Source of the DNA: Candidatus Edwardsbacteria bacterium RifOxyA12_full_54_48
GTDB lineage: Bacteria > Edwardsbacteria > AC1 > EtOH8
Length of the DNA: 64,000 bases
Assembly (NCBI GenBank): GCA_001777915.1
Contig: MFFN01000007.1
Location: 4,807 to 68,806, forward strand
Direction of reading: 5' to 3'
Made by a program: the position numbers and the translations under genes. Below the pieces are notes generated by a model. It searched no databases. It worked only from the letters and a program-made list of their open reading frames with translations, and was not told the origin of the DNA. Shown piece by piece: positions 17,841-28,275 of this stretch (the first letter of the stretch is position 1; each line of letters begins with the position of its first letter).

Positions 17841-19499
17841 TTGATCTTTGCCGTCTGGCTTATTTTCGCCGGGCGGTTTCATTTTATAACGTCCTATCAG
17901 CCGATATACCTGCTGGCGGGTGATGCCCAACTGCCTGGCTGAAGAGGTGATATCCCACCGGTTGGCTGCCAGGGCCTGGGAAAGATGCTGTCTTTCCAGT
18001 TTCCTTTTAGCCTCCTTCAGGTTGCCGGGTTCCGTTTCTGCCTGGGGAGAGGCCAGCAATCCCAAATGGTCCGGCTCGATCAGCCGGTCGTCACACATGA
18101 TCACCGCCCGCTCGATCTTGTGCTCCAGCTCCCGAATGTTTCCCGGCCACTGATATCCCATAAGAGAGAATTTGGCTTCAGGGCTGAAGCGGGCTGCTTC
18201 TTTTTTATGTTTGAGGGAGAATTTTTTCAGAGAGGATTCGGCCAGCAGTAAAATATCGCTGCCCCGGTCCCTTAGGGGGGGGAGCTCCAGGGTGATGATG
18301 TTAAGCCGATAGTAGAGATCCTTGCGGAATATTCCCTTGGCTACCTCCTGCTCCAGGTCGTGGTTGGTGGCGGCAATGATCCGGACATCCACCCGGATCT
18401 GCTCCCGGCCCCCCAGGTGCTCGATCACCCCCTCCTGGATGGCCCGTAGCAGCTTGATCTGCAGGGGCAGGGCCATCTCCCCGATCTCATCCAGAAAAAC
18501 GGTTCCGCCGTTGGCCATCTCAAATTTCCCCATCTTGCGGGCAAAGGCTCCGGTAAAGGCCCCCTTCTCATAGCCGAACAATTCCGATTCCAGAAGATTT
18601 TCCGGAATGGAGCCGCAGTCGATAACGATGAAGGGTTTTTCCTTGCGCTGGCTTAAGTCATGGATCTCCCTGGCCACCAGGGTCTTTCCGGTGCCCGACT
18701 CCCCCAACAGCAGCAGATTGACCTCGGAGCCGGCCACCCGCCGGATGATGGAGAAGACACCATCCATGGCCGGGCACTGCCCCAGCAGGTCGCTCCGACC
18801 GTCCAACAGTTGCTGCAGGGACAGGTTTTCCCTCTCCAGCCGCAGCCGCTTCTCCTCCTCCAGGGTTTTGATGCCCTCCACCAGCCGGGCATTTTCTATG
18901 GATATGGCCGCCTGGGCGGCCAGGGCGGCCAGCAGGTCCAGATCGTGATGGCTGAAGGTCTCCTGGATCCGCTGGCTGTCCACATAGATGACGCCTATGG
19001 CTTTGCGTTGCTGGGCCTGCCCGGCTAACAGGGGAACGCACATCGATGAACGGAGCTGGAGGTCGGCCACCGAGGCGGCCTGGTTGAACTCCGGATCCTG
19101 GCTGATGTCCTTAAGCCACAGGGGCTGTCCGGTGGTGATGACCTTTTCGGTTATGGTGCGGCTGAAGCGAAGGTCGTCCTTGTCCCAGGCCTGGTTGGGG
19201 CCGGCCCGGGTGACCGTAATGTTCAATTTCCCGCTCTGGTCATACAGCATCAAAAAGCCCCGCGAGGCCCCGGTCAGCTCCATCACCGAATCCATGATGG
19301 TGTCCAGCAGCTGGTCCTGGTTCAACACCCGGCTGATCTTGCGGGAGACCTCCAACAACAGGCTCAGGGCGGCTGCATCCTGTCCCAGACTGCCGGTCCG
19401 GCCCTGCATCTCCTCCAGGGCCTGGGCCGCGGCAGCCAGGTCCAGCTCGGCTTCGGCCACCAAATTTTCGACATTATTGATTCTGCGATTATCCTGCAA
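17838..19499 (-). CDS. Sigma-54-dependent transcriptional activator (GAF sensor domain, AAA+ sigma-54 interaction domain, Fis-type HTH)
   Basis: '[18 protein letters not shown]' (Walker A), 'GAFTGA' motif, C-terminal '[19 protein letters not shown]' HTH. Overlaps the upstream kinase gene by 11 nt. Confidence 0.85.
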   Translation of the reverse strand: MQDNRRINNVENLVAEAELDLAAAAQALEEMQGRTGSLGQDAAALSLLLEVSRKISRVLNQDQLLDTIMDSVMELTGASRGFLMLYDQSGKLNITVTRAGPNQAWDKDDLRFSRTITEKVITTGQPLWLKDISQDPEFNQAASVADLQLRSSMCVPLLAGQAQQRKAIGVIYVDSQRIQETFSHHDLDLLAALAAQAAISIENARLVEGIKTLEEEKRLRLERENLSLQQLLDGRSDLLGQCPAMDGVFSIIRRVAGSEVNLLLLGESGTGKTLVAREIHDLSQRKEKPFIVIDCGSIPENLLESELFGYEKGAFTGAFARKMGKFEMANGGTVFLDEIGEMALPLQIKLLRAIQEGVIEHLGGREQIRVDVRIIAATNHDLEQEVAKGIFRKDLYYRLNIITLELPPLRDRGSDILLLAESSLKKFSLKHKKEAARFSPEAKFSLMGYQWPGNIRELEHKIERAVIMCDDRLIEPDHLGLLASPQAETEPGNLKEAKRKLERQHLSQALAANRWDITSSARQLGITRQQVYRLIGRYKMKPPGENKPDGKDQ

Positions 19500-22400
19500 T
19501 GGACAGTACCTCCTGCTTCAGACGCTTGATCTCCTTGAACAGCCTGCGCCGGACAGGGGATAGGACATAGGCGGTCTTGAGGTCCGGCTGGCTGATGTTG
19601 GCCAGGGCCTGTTTTATCAGCTGCAGGGCCTTTTGGTAGTTCTCCAGGGCCGGGCGGTATCTCTTCTGCCTGGCCCAGTAGCGGGCGATGGCCGACAGGA
19701 TGGGCCAGGTGGTTTCGGCGATGTTGACCCGCCCGGCGATCTCCAGTGCCCACTCTAGGTATTTTAGGCCCTCCAGCCCCTTCAGCTCCAGCAGCTCCCC
19801 CTTCAGCAGCATCGCCTCGGCTGCCAGCTGCTGTTCCTCCACCCGCTGGGCCAGGCTTAGCGATTTATCGGCCAGGGCGGAGGATTCCTCCAACTGGCCC
19901 AGCTCCCGATGCAGGTCGGCCAGGTTCTTTAAAATGTAAGCCTCGCCGGCCTTGATGTCCAGTTCGGAGAATATCTCCCGGGCCTTGCTCAGGTCATCCT
20001 TGGCCTTTGCCCACTGATGGCGCATATGGGCAATCCGGCCCGACAGATTGACCGCCCGGCCGGTCTCCAGCCGACCCAACTCCCGGGCCAGGTCCAGCGA
20101 TTTCTGGCAGAAGAGATCGGCGTCCTTTAAACTGCCCAGCGATAGGTAGAACTCGGCCTTGCGGATGAAGGCATCCTGCATCACATCCCGGGCCCCGATG
20201 TTGACCGCCAGCTGGATGGCTCGGTTGTAGTTCCAGAGGGCCTGGTCCCACTCTCCCCGGGCTTTGTGTATCAGTCCTATGTTTATCAGAGAGACGGCGG
20301 TCTCGAAGCTGGCTCCAATGCGCTCCATGGTCTGCAGGCACTTGCCGTGGTAATCCAGGGCCTTCTCCCAGTCGTATAGGTGGCGGTAGATCAGGGCCAG
20401 GTTGTTGTAGGAACGGGCCAATCCGCTGATATCGCCTATCTTTTCCCTGATGGCAAAGCTCTTCTGGTGGCATTCGGCCGAGCGGTCCCAGTCGTACATC
20501 CTGTAATATACCAAACCCAGATTGTTGTAGCTGGCGGCAATACCGTAGAGGCTGCCCTCCCGCTCCTTGATTGCCAGGCTTTGTCTATGGGCCGAGAGGG
20601 CCTGGCCCCACTCGGCCAGATGCCAGTAGGCCTGCCCCAGGGTGTTGTACAGCCCGGCCTCCACTGCTCCCCGTCCCCCCTCGGGGAGTATCTTCAACGC
20701 ATCAAGGCAGGTCCGTTCCGCGGTGCGGTATTCCCCCCGGCTTAGGCAGGTGACGGCCATGGCTCCCATCAGGCGGGCGGTGGCCTCCGGGTTGTTGCCG
20801 GCAACGGCCAGGCCCTGTCGGAAATACTCCATAGAGTCATCGTAGTTCCCCAGTCTCTCTTGGCAGCGTCCCAGCTTGTAGAACAGGTCGGGCGAGGGCC
20901 CTCTCTGTTCGAATAACTCCCGGGCCAGCTTGAGGGCCCGAGAATACTCTCCGGAGAGGTAGTAGAGCTTTTGCAGCCTCTCCATGGATGCCGCATCGTT
21001 GGGGCCCTGAGTCAGGGCCTTCTCGAAATGGAAGATGGCCTGGCCCTTGGAATACTCGAACAGGGTCTCCCCGGCCCTAAGATGGTATTCTCTAGACTTC
21101 TTCGGGCGGCCAGCCATCTCCCAGTGCCGGGCCAGGGAAGATAGGTCCTGCAAAGAGCTCCGGCCTTCCTGCTCCATCATTTCGGCGGCCCGCCGGTGAA
21201 GGGTTTTGGCGGCCTGGGGAGAAAGCGATTGATACACCATCTTGGCTATGGCCGAGTGATTAAGACCGTATAGCTGGCGGCCATCCGGACCATGGATTGC
21301 GGCCAGCAGGCTCCGGTTGATGAGGTCTGTCAGATCCAGGGAGACTTGGGGTGTTGCCGCGCCTGACAAGGCGGCAATTTCATCCAGGGACGACGGCCGT
21401 TCCATCACCGACATGGCCTGGACCATTGCCAGTTGGGAGGCGCTCAGGTTGTTCAGCTTGGACTCCATGGCTTTGGAGAGGCTGCCGGGCAGGTTGATCC
21501 TCTCCAGATCGCGGATGGCCGGCTGCCACTGCCCCCGGCGCTTGACCACCAGCCCCTGGTCCAGCAGTTGCTGCACCGATTCCTCTATCAGCAGGGGATT
21601 GCCCTCGGCCTGGGCGGCTATTCTGTCCAGCAACGGCCGGTAGCTTTGAATTCCGGGGAGGACATTGGCCAGAAGCTCGGCGGCCTCACCCTGCCCCAGC
21701 CTCTTGAGGAAGATCTGCTCCGCCAGGTTCTCGACGGTCAGGCTTTCGATGGCCTGGAGCAGATGATGGCCGGGGGGAAGGTCATCGCTGCGGGAGCTGC
21801 CCACCAGCAGTACCCTATATTTAGGGACATTGCGTACCAGGTAACAAATCGCCTCCAGGCTTTCCCGGTCGATCCATTGAATGCTCTCCAGGAGCAGGGC
21901 GGCAGCGGCGGAGGGCGAAGATTCCAAGGTTCGGATGATGAACTGGGAGATGGCATCCAGCCGGCGCAGGTGTTTCTCACCGGCCGGCAGCAGTGGGGCG
22001 GGTGGCAGGTCACGGATCTCGGGGAGAGCGGCCAGGGCCGGACAGATCTCGGCCAGCAGGGGCCCGTATTCGGTTAAGGCCTGGTGGCAGCAGCCCTGGG
22101 CCAGTGGCAGCAGCTGCCGGATGATCTGGAGAATTATGTCAAAAGCTGCGCTTTGTTCCTCATAACAGCGGGCCCATATCACCTGGCATTCGGAGATCTG
22201 GGCCTGGAGGGCGAATTCGTTTAGCAGCTTGGTCCGGCCGATGCCGGTCTCCCCCGAGACAAAAAGGCAGCCGCCCTGTCCCCCCACTGCGTTGTTCAGG
22301 GCCTGGCGGAGCTCACTCAGCTCCTTGTCCCTGCCCACCATCTTGCTTTTGAAGATGAAGCTGGTTCTGCCCGTCACCGCCCGCCCGGGCTGTGCCCCCG

Positions 22401-23187
22401 CTAGCAATGATAACTGTTCCGACACCTCGCCGGCCGATAAGGGGCGCAGGGCGGGGTCCTTGTTCAACAGCCGGAGGATCAGGGAATCTATGGGTTTGGG
22501 GAGCGAGCGGTTGAAAGACGAGGGGAGAGGAGGCGGCTGGGATAGGTGCTTGCGGGCCAGTTCCTTGGCACCACTGGACTCGAAGGGGAGGCGTCCGGCG
22601 AACATCTGGAACATCAGGACACCTAGAGAGTAAAGGTCGGACCGTCCGTCGGCGGCCTGCCCGGCTATCACCTCGGGGGATATGTAGGCCGGGGTGCCGG
22701 TTCTGCGCGAAGTCGCGTTGGCGGCATAGCTGGCCTGCCCGAAGTCAAGCAGTTTTACCGATCCGTTCCCGTCGGTAAGTATATTGCTGGGCTTGACGTC
22801 CAGGTGGATTATCCTGCGGCTGTGTATATACTCCAGGGCATCGCACAGCTGGGCCGTCAGCAGGCATCGTTCCTCGATGGCCAGCCCCTGGCAGGCTGCC
22901 AGGATGTCCGGCCCCGGGATGAATTCCATCACCAGACAACAGTTGCCCTGGTATGACTCATAGCTGTAGACCCGGGCTAGGTTGGGATGGGCCAACTCGG
23001 ACAGGACCTGAAACTCATGGCTGGCGGCATTTATATCTACCAGATTGCCGGGAAATATTTTGACGGCATATATTTTATCATCAGTCAGGTCCTTTGCCTT
23101 GTAGACCTGACTGAAGGATCCCTGCCCCAACAGCTCCAGGGTCAGATACTTATTGGCGATGATATGTCCCGAAGGCAATATATTCAT
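19489..23187 (-). CDS. Ser/Thr protein kinase fused to a STAND-type P-loop NTPase and TPR repeats
   Basis: Kinase motifs 'LGQGSFSQVYKAKD' and 'HRRIIHLDVKPSNIL'; Walker A 'FVSGETGIGRTKLL'; multiple C-terminal TPR-like repeats. ATG at 23187 ('MNILPSG') preferred over the TTG at 23244. Confidence 0.8.
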   Translation of the reverse strand: MNILPSGHIIANKYLTLELLGQGSFSQVYKAKDLTDDKIYAVKIFPGNLVDINAASHEFQVLSELAHPNLARVYSYESYQGNCCLVMEFIPGPDILAACQGLAIEERCLLTAQLCDALEYIHSRRIIHLDVKPSNILTDGNGSVKLLDFGQASYAANATSRRTGTPAYISPEVIAGQAADGRSDLYSLGVLMFQMFAGRLPFESSGAKELARKHLSQPPPLPSSFNRSLPKPIDSLILRLLNKDPALRPLSAGEVSEQLSLLAGAQPGRAVTGRTSFIFKSKMVGRDKELSELRQALNNAVGGQGGCLFVSGETGIGRTKLLNEFALQAQISECQVIWARCYEEQSAAFDIILQIIRQLLPLAQGCCHQALTEYGPLLAEICPALAALPEIRDLPPAPLLPAGEKHLRRLDAISQFIIRTLESSPSAAAALLLESIQWIDRESLEAICYLVRNVPKYRVLLVGSSRSDDLPPGHHLLQAIESLTVENLAEQIFLKRLGQGEAAELLANVLPGIQSYRPLLDRIAAQAEGNPLLIEESVQQLLDQGLVVKRRGQWQPAIRDLERINLPGSLSKAMESKLNNLSASQLAMVQAMSVMERPSSLDEIAALSGAATPQVSLDLTDLINRSLLAAIHGPDGRQLYGLNHSAIAKMVYQSLSPQAAKTLHRRAAEMMEQEGRSSLQDLSSLARHWEMAGRPKKSREYHLRAGETLFEYSKGQAIFHFEKALTQGPNDAASMERLQKLYYLSGEYSRALKLARELFEQRGPSPDLFYKLGRCQERLGNYDDSMEYFRQGLAVAGNNPEATARLMGAMAVTCLSRGEYRTAERTCLDALKILPEGGRGAVEAGLYNTLGQAYWHLAEWGQALSAHRQSLAIKEREGSLYGIAASYNNLGLVYYRMYDWDRSAECHQKSFAIREKIGDISGLARSYNNLALIYRHLYDWEKALDYHGKCLQTMERIGASFETAVSLINIGLIHKARGEWDQALWNYNRAIQLAVNIGARDVMQDAFIRKAEFYLSLGSLKDADLFCQKSLDLARELGRLETGRAVNLSGRIAHMRHQWAKAKDDLSKAREIFSELDIKAGEAYILKNLADLHRELGQLEESSALADKSLSLAQRVEEQQLAAEAMLLKGELLELKGLEGLKYLEWALEIAGRVNIAETTWPILSAIARYWARQKRYRPALENYQKALQLIKQALANISQPDLKTAYVLSPVRRRLFKEIKRLKQEVLSIAG

Positions 23188-23605
23188 TGTAACAAAAAGA
23201 TACGATTCGATTTTCAGTTTATCATAAAAACTTGGCAAATGCAATAATTATTTTAAGTAAACTTTACTATTTCAGTTTTATCGAATTTGTTTTCATTTTA
23301 AATTTAAAATATCAATACCAAGTAATTTATATGCGTAACAAAATGATGCATATAAATTATTGTTAATACATTGTAATACAATAAAATAGAATTATACTTT
23401 GATTGAAATCCAAATTGTACGATATCATTAATATGAAAAATGAAACAAAATGATACATATTATGGTGGCGACAGAATCAATCGTCAATATATCATAATAT
23501 TCAAGCTATTGTTATATAATAAGTTAAAAAAGTAAAATTAATTCTGGTATGAAAAATGCTTATATTCTGACATAACAATAATAACATCAAAAAGGGGTAG
23601 TACAA

Positions 23606-26600
23606 ATGAAAAAGGTAGGTTTACTGGTAGCGGCCGTCATTATTCTGGCCGGATTGGCATCAGCCCAGACCACCATCTTCTCAGACAACATGACCGGCTT
23701 CCCCACGGGTTGGACGCTTTCGCCCACCACCGGTGGCTGGACCAAGACCTCCACCAAGTATTACAGTTCATCCTACAGCGCCATGTGCGACAATGTCAGT
23801 CCTTACGGGGCCAACCAGAACAATTATATAACCAAAACGGTCAGCCTATCGGGATATAGCAACGTCGCCCTGAAATTCTACATCTGGCAGTACAGCGAGA
23901 GCGGCTACGACTATATCCGGGTGCAGTACCTGGTGGGCAGCACCTGGACCACCGCCTGGCAGAGGGCCGGCAGCTATCAGTCTTGGGCCCAGCAGTCGGT
24001 CAGCATTCCCAACACCGCCACCCAGGTCCGATTTTATTTCAACTCCGACGGCAGCGTCCAGAACACCGGGGTGTACATCGATGACGTGGTCCTTACCGGG
24101 ACAGCGGCCACCGTTACCCAGAATGATGCCGGGACTGGCACCGATGCCGGCAACACCATAGCCACCGCTACCACGGTAAATCCGGGTTCGTGGACCGGCT
24201 GTTATTTGGATGCCACTGATCGAAACGACTATTACAAGTTTAACGTTACCGCGGGCCAGGTAATCAAACTAAAAGTAACCCCGCCCTCAACGGCCGACTA
24301 CGACCTCTATCTGCATAACACATCGCAGACCCAGGTTGGCGCCAGCACCCAGGGAACCGGCTTGGTTGACTCCATTGTCTACACCGCCACCACTACCGGC
24401 TACTGGTATTGCCGGGCCTACGAATACAGCGGCACCGGCAACTACTCATTGCTGATCTCGGTGAGCGGCGGGACCACCCCGACAACGATTCTGGCGATCA
24501 ACACGACCTCGTGGGCGCCGGTGGCGGCGGGCGGGACCAGCTCGGCAGTCAGCGTGACCAACAGCGGCACGAGCGGCAGCGTGATCGCCTACACGGTGTC
24601 CGACAACGCCACTTGGCTGACCACCTCGGCCGCCAGCGGCAATACCCCGGGCAGCTTCACCATGACGGCCTCGGCCAACACCGGTGCGGCGCGAAGCGCC
24701 ACGGTCACTGTGGCCGCGACCGGCCAGACCTCCAAGACCATCACCGTCAACCAGGCGGCAGCCAGCACCGGCGGAGCTGAATGGACCGTCATGATCTACC
24801 TGAACGCCGACAACAACCTGGAGACCGACGGGATCAACGATTTTCTGGAGATGGCCGCCGCCTCATACAGTTCGGGCAAGATCAACGTCATCGTTCAGAT
24901 GGACCGGGCCTCGGGCTACGCCACCACCTATGAGAATTGGACCGGCTGCAAGCGTTTCAAGATCGCCAGCGGGATGACCCCCACTGCGGCCTACCAGATA
25001 TCGGACCTGGGCGAGGTGGACATGGGCAGTCCCACCACCCTGGTCAACTTTGCCACCTGGGCCATCCAGAACTACCCGGCCAACCGCTATTCCCTGGTTA
25101 TGTGGGATCACGGCGACGGCTGGTACAAGACCGATGCCAGCCCCATCAAGGGCTTCTCCAACGACGACTCTCACGGTTCGGTGATCGGCATAGCCAACGG
25201 CGAATTCGCCAGCGCCATGGCCCAGATCAAGACCGCCCTGGGCCGGAACCTGGACCATATCGGCTGGGATGCCTGCCTGATGGGCATGTGGGAGGTGCTG
25301 GACATATCCCGCAATTACGCCAACGTGGCCAACGTCTCCGAGGAGACCGAGGGGGCCGCCGGCTGGTATTACACCACCTGGCTGAACGTCATGAACACCA
25401 CCCCCACCACCAGCGCCATTGACATGGGCAAAGCCATCATCAACGGCACCACTCAATCGACCCTGTCGGTGGTGGACCTGACCCTGATCTCCAATCTGAC
25501 CACCAAGGTCAACACCCTGGCCACCGAGCTGATGGCGACCCGGGGGGCCGGCCTGGGCGCCAGCATCAGCACGGCGCTTAACAATACCCTCAAGTTCTCC
25601 ACCAGCTATTTTTCATATCACATAGATCTGTCCGACTTCGCCGCCAAGGTCAAGGCCGCCATCACCACCCGGCCCACCCTGACCACCGCCTGCGACAACG
25701 TCATCAGCGCGGTGACCTCGGCGGTCAAACTGTACAAGAACTCCTCCACCTACGCCAATGCCCGGGGCATCGCGGTCTATCACTGCAAGATCGACGGCTC
25801 CAATTACGATACCGCCTACAACAGCCTGCCCATCGCCTCCAGCACGGTGTGGGATGAGTACATCAAGGGCGGCTCCAGCGGCGGAACCACCGCAAATTAC
25901 ACCAAGAGCACCGCCACCTACAGCTGGGATGCCTCGGCCACCACGGCCACCGGCCTGACCGGGGACGACCAGAGCGTCAGCAAGTCCATCGGTTTTGCCT
26001 TCAACTTCTACGGCACCAGCTATACCACCGTCAACATCTGTTCCAACGGGTTCCTCAATTTCGGCACCAGCTCCACCGCCTACACTCCGGCCGCCATCCC
26101 CAACACTGCGGCCCCCAACGCCCTGATCGCCGGCTTGTGGAGGGACCTTAACGTATCGGGCGGCGGAACCATCACCTACTACTCTTCGGCCACCAAATTC
26201 GTGGTGTCATTCAACGCCGTCAAGAACTACTCCAACACCAGCCTGCAAACCTTCCAGATGATCCTGACCCCCGACGGCAAGATCAAGATCCAGTGGGGTG
26301 GCATCACCACCGAGACCTATGCTTCGGGGGTGGAGAACCAGGGCGGCACGCTGGGCGTGGCGGCCACCGCCGCGGCCAATTCGGCGGCGCTGTTCACCCC
26401 GCCGGCGGCCTGGAGCAGCCCGATCAATGAGAATGAATTGGAGACCAGGCTCAATCCGCAGGGGATGCCGCTATCCAACCAGCTGTTCCAGAACGCCCCC
26501 AATCCGGTCAGATATAAAACCCTGATCGCCTTCCAATTGGAGAAGCCGGGCGCTGTTTCCCTGAAGATCTACAATCTCAACGGACAGCTGGTCAGAACCC

Positions 26601-26749
26601 TGGCCTCGGGGCAGCATAATTCCGGATATCATCAGGCCATGTGGGACGCCAAGGATGATGCCGGAAGGAAGGTGGCTGACGGAGTATATATCTATAAGCT
26701 GGCCTGCGGCGAGTTCAACCACGCCAAAAAAATGGTGCTGGTCAAATAA
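23606..26749 (+). CDS. Secreted clostripain-like (peptidase C11-type) cysteine peptidase with pre-peptidase domain and T9SS C-terminal sorting domain
   Basis: 1047 aa with signal peptide. 'EWTVMIYLNADNNLE', 'LVMWDHGDGWY' (putative catalytic His) and 'IGWDACLMGMWE' (putative catalytic Cys) resemble C11-family signatures. C-terminal 'NAPNPVRYKTLIAFQL...KIYNLNGQLVRTL...GVYIYKLACGEFNHAKKMVLVK' T9SS CTD. Confidence 0.7.
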   Translation: MKKVGLLVAAVIILAGLASAQTTIFSDNMTGFPTGWTLSPTTGGWTKTSTKYYSSSYSAMCDNVSPYGANQNNYITKTVSLSGYSNVALKFYIWQYSESGYDYIRVQYLVGSTWTTAWQRAGSYQSWAQQSVSIPNTATQVRFYFNSDGSVQNTGVYIDDVVLTGTAATVTQNDAGTGTDAGNTIATATTVNPGSWTGCYLDATDRNDYYKFNVTAGQVIKLKVTPPSTADYDLYLHNTSQTQVGASTQGTGLVDSIVYTATTTGYWYCRAYEYSGTGNYSLLISVSGGTTPTTILAINTTSWAPVAAGGTSSAVSVTNSGTSGSVIAYTVSDNATWLTTSAASGNTPGSFTMTASANTGAARSATVTVAATGQTSKTITVNQAAASTGGAEWTVMIYLNADNNLETDGINDFLEMAAASYSSGKINVIVQMDRASGYATTYENWTGCKRFKIASGMTPTAAYQISDLGEVDMGSPTTLVNFATWAIQNYPANRYSLVMWDHGDGWYKTDASPIKGFSNDDSHGSVIGIANGEFASAMAQIKTALGRNLDHIGWDACLMGMWEVLDISRNYANVANVSEETEGAAGWYYTTWLNVMNTTPTTSAIDMGKAIINGTTQSTLSVVDLTLISNLTTKVNTLATELMATRGAGLGASISTALNNTLKFSTSYFSYHIDLSDFAAKVKAAITTRPTLTTACDNVISAVTSAVKLYKNSSTYANARGIAVYHCKIDGSNYDTAYNSLPIASSTVWDEYIKGGSSGGTTANYTKSTATYSWDASATTATGLTGDDQSVSKSIGFAFNFYGTSYTTVNICSNGFLNFGTSSTAYTPAAIPNTAAPNALIAGLWRDLNVSGGGTITYYSSATKFVVSFNAVKNYSNTSLQTFQMILTPDGKIKIQWGGITTETYASGVENQGGTLGVAATAAANSAALFTPPAAWSSPINENELETRLNPQGMPLSNQLFQNAPNPVRYKTLIAFQLEKPGAVSLKIYNLNGQLVRTLASGQHNSGYHQAMWDAKDDAGRKVADGVYIYKLACGEFNHAKKMVLVK

Positions 26750-26773
26750 AATAACCTCCTGAAGTTAAGAACA

Positions 26774-26803
26774 AAAGGGCCGTTAGTTGCGGCCCTTTTT
26801 AAT
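26774..26803 (+). terminator. Rho-independent terminator
   Basis: 'aaaagggccg-ttagtt-gcggccctttttaatttt'. Confidence 0.65.
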
Positions 26804-26873
26804 TTTCCCAAGTTTGACCCGGAAATTTCAACTTTCGCTTTATTAAAATTAATTTCTATGCTATAATTTCCTT

Positions 26874-28052
26874 ATGAGAATACTTCACATAGTCACCGCT
26901 TTCCCCCGGGACGAAAAGGACATCATCACCCCCTGGCTGATAGAGATGCTGCGGCATTACCCGGCGCACGGCCTGGAGGCGGAGATATTCACTTCGTCCT
27001 ACCAGGGCCTGGGCGAACAGATGGTCCACGGGCTGCCGGTGCACCGCTTCCGTTATTTCTTCAAACGCTGGGAGAACCTGACCCACGAGGAGACCACCCC
27101 GGACCGCATGAAAAGATCCCTGCTGTACAAGATCATGCCGGCTTTCTACATCATTGGCGGAATGATCGGGATCGTTAAACTGTTAAGAAAAAGCCAATAC
27201 GATGCGGTCCATGTCCACTGGCCGCTGCCGCATGCCGTGTTCGGCTGGGCGGCCAAAACATTCTTCGGACTGCCGGTGGTCACCACCTTCTACGGGGTGG
27301 AGCTGCGCTGGGTGAAGCGCTCCATGCCTCTGCTGAAAGGTTTTCTGGCCTGGTCGGCCCGGATGTCGGATAAAGTTGTGGCCATCTCCAACTATACCGC
27401 CGGCGAGGTCAGGGAGCTGGCCGATGTGCCGGTGGAGGTGATCCCCTATACCATCAGCCTGCCGGAGAACCAGGAATTTTCACAGCCTCCGGCCGGTCCC
27501 AAGATCATCCTTTCGGTCAGCAGATTGGTGGAACGCAAGGGCATCATCTATCTGATAGACGCCCTTAAATATCTGCCGCAGGAATTGGAGGTCCATCTGG
27601 CCATCATCGGCGACGGCCCGGAGAGGGAACGTTTGAAGGAGAGGGCCCTGTCACAGAATCTGGGGCGAAAGATAAGCCTGCCCGGCTGGGTCAGCGAGGC
27701 GGAACTGGAGAGCGCCTACCGCAATGCTTCGGTGTTCGTTCTGCCGGCCATCATAGATTCCAAGGGCGATACCGAGGGTCTGGGGGTGGTCATCCTGGAG
27801 GCCATGAATTACAAGGTGCCGGCCATCGGCAGCGATCTGGGCGGGATCACTGACATTATAATAGATGAAGAAACAGGTTTGTTAGTGCCGGAGAAGGATC
27901 CCCAGGCTCTGGCCAGGGCAATTACCAGGATATTGACAGATGAGGACCTAAGAACTAAAGTTGTCGAGGGAGCCTATCAACATTTAAAGCGTAACTTTAG
28001 TTGGGATAACATATTAGAGAAATGGGTGAGAATCTATAAAGGTCTTGAGTAG
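26874..28052 (+). CDS. Glycosyltransferase family 4 (GT-B fold, group 1)
   Basis: 'LEAMNYKVPAIGSDLGGITDIIIDEETGLLVPEKD' (E-x7-E-type motif region); 'LAIIGDGPERERL'. Confidence 0.8.
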   Translation: MRILHIVTAFPRDEKDIITPWLIEMLRHYPAHGLEAEIFTSSYQGLGEQMVHGLPVHRFRYFFKRWENLTHEETTPDRMKRSLLYKIMPAFYIIGGMIGIVKLLRKSQYDAVHVHWPLPHAVFGWAAKTFFGLPVVTTFYGVELRWVKRSMPLLKGFLAWSARMSDKVVAISNYTAGEVRELADVPVEVIPYTISLPENQEFSQPPAGPKIILSVSRLVERKGIIYLIDALKYLPQELEVHLAIIGDGPERERLKERALSQNLGRKISLPGWVSEAELESAYRNASVFVLPAIIDSKGDTEGLGVVILEAMNYKVPAIGSDLGGITDIIIDEETGLLVPEKDPQALARAITRILTDEDLRTKVVEGAYQHLKRNFSWDNILEKWVRIYKGLE

Positions 28053-28083
28053 CTGTTTGTTAAAAACAGGTATAAAATTCACT

Positions 28084-28112
28084 AAAAACGACAGTTTTTT
28101 ACTGTCGTTTTT
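28084..28112 (+). terminator. Rho-independent terminator after the GT4 gene
   Basis: 'aaaaacgacagt-tttttt-actgtcgttttt' followed by a T-tract. Confidence 0.7.
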
Positions 28113-28214
28113 ATATTATTGTCATACAATATGTTATAAATCTGTTTATGCAAAAGGGATACCAAAAAGAATAAAAAAAGTCATTAAATATCACCTCCAG
28201 GGCTGATTTTAGGC

Positions 28215-28243
28215 TTGACATCAGGCCATATATGGTGCATAAT
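28215..28243 (+). promoter_or_regulatory. Sigma-70-type promoter of the nrd operon, with a candidate NrdR-box-like palindrome in the spacer
   Basis: TTGACA at 28215-28220, 17-nt spacer, CATAAT at 28238-28243. Spacer contains the palindrome 'CCATATATGG' at 28226-28235. Confidence 0.55.
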
Positions 28244-28275
28244 TACCCCCTTGCCACAAAATAAAGGGGTACGTC

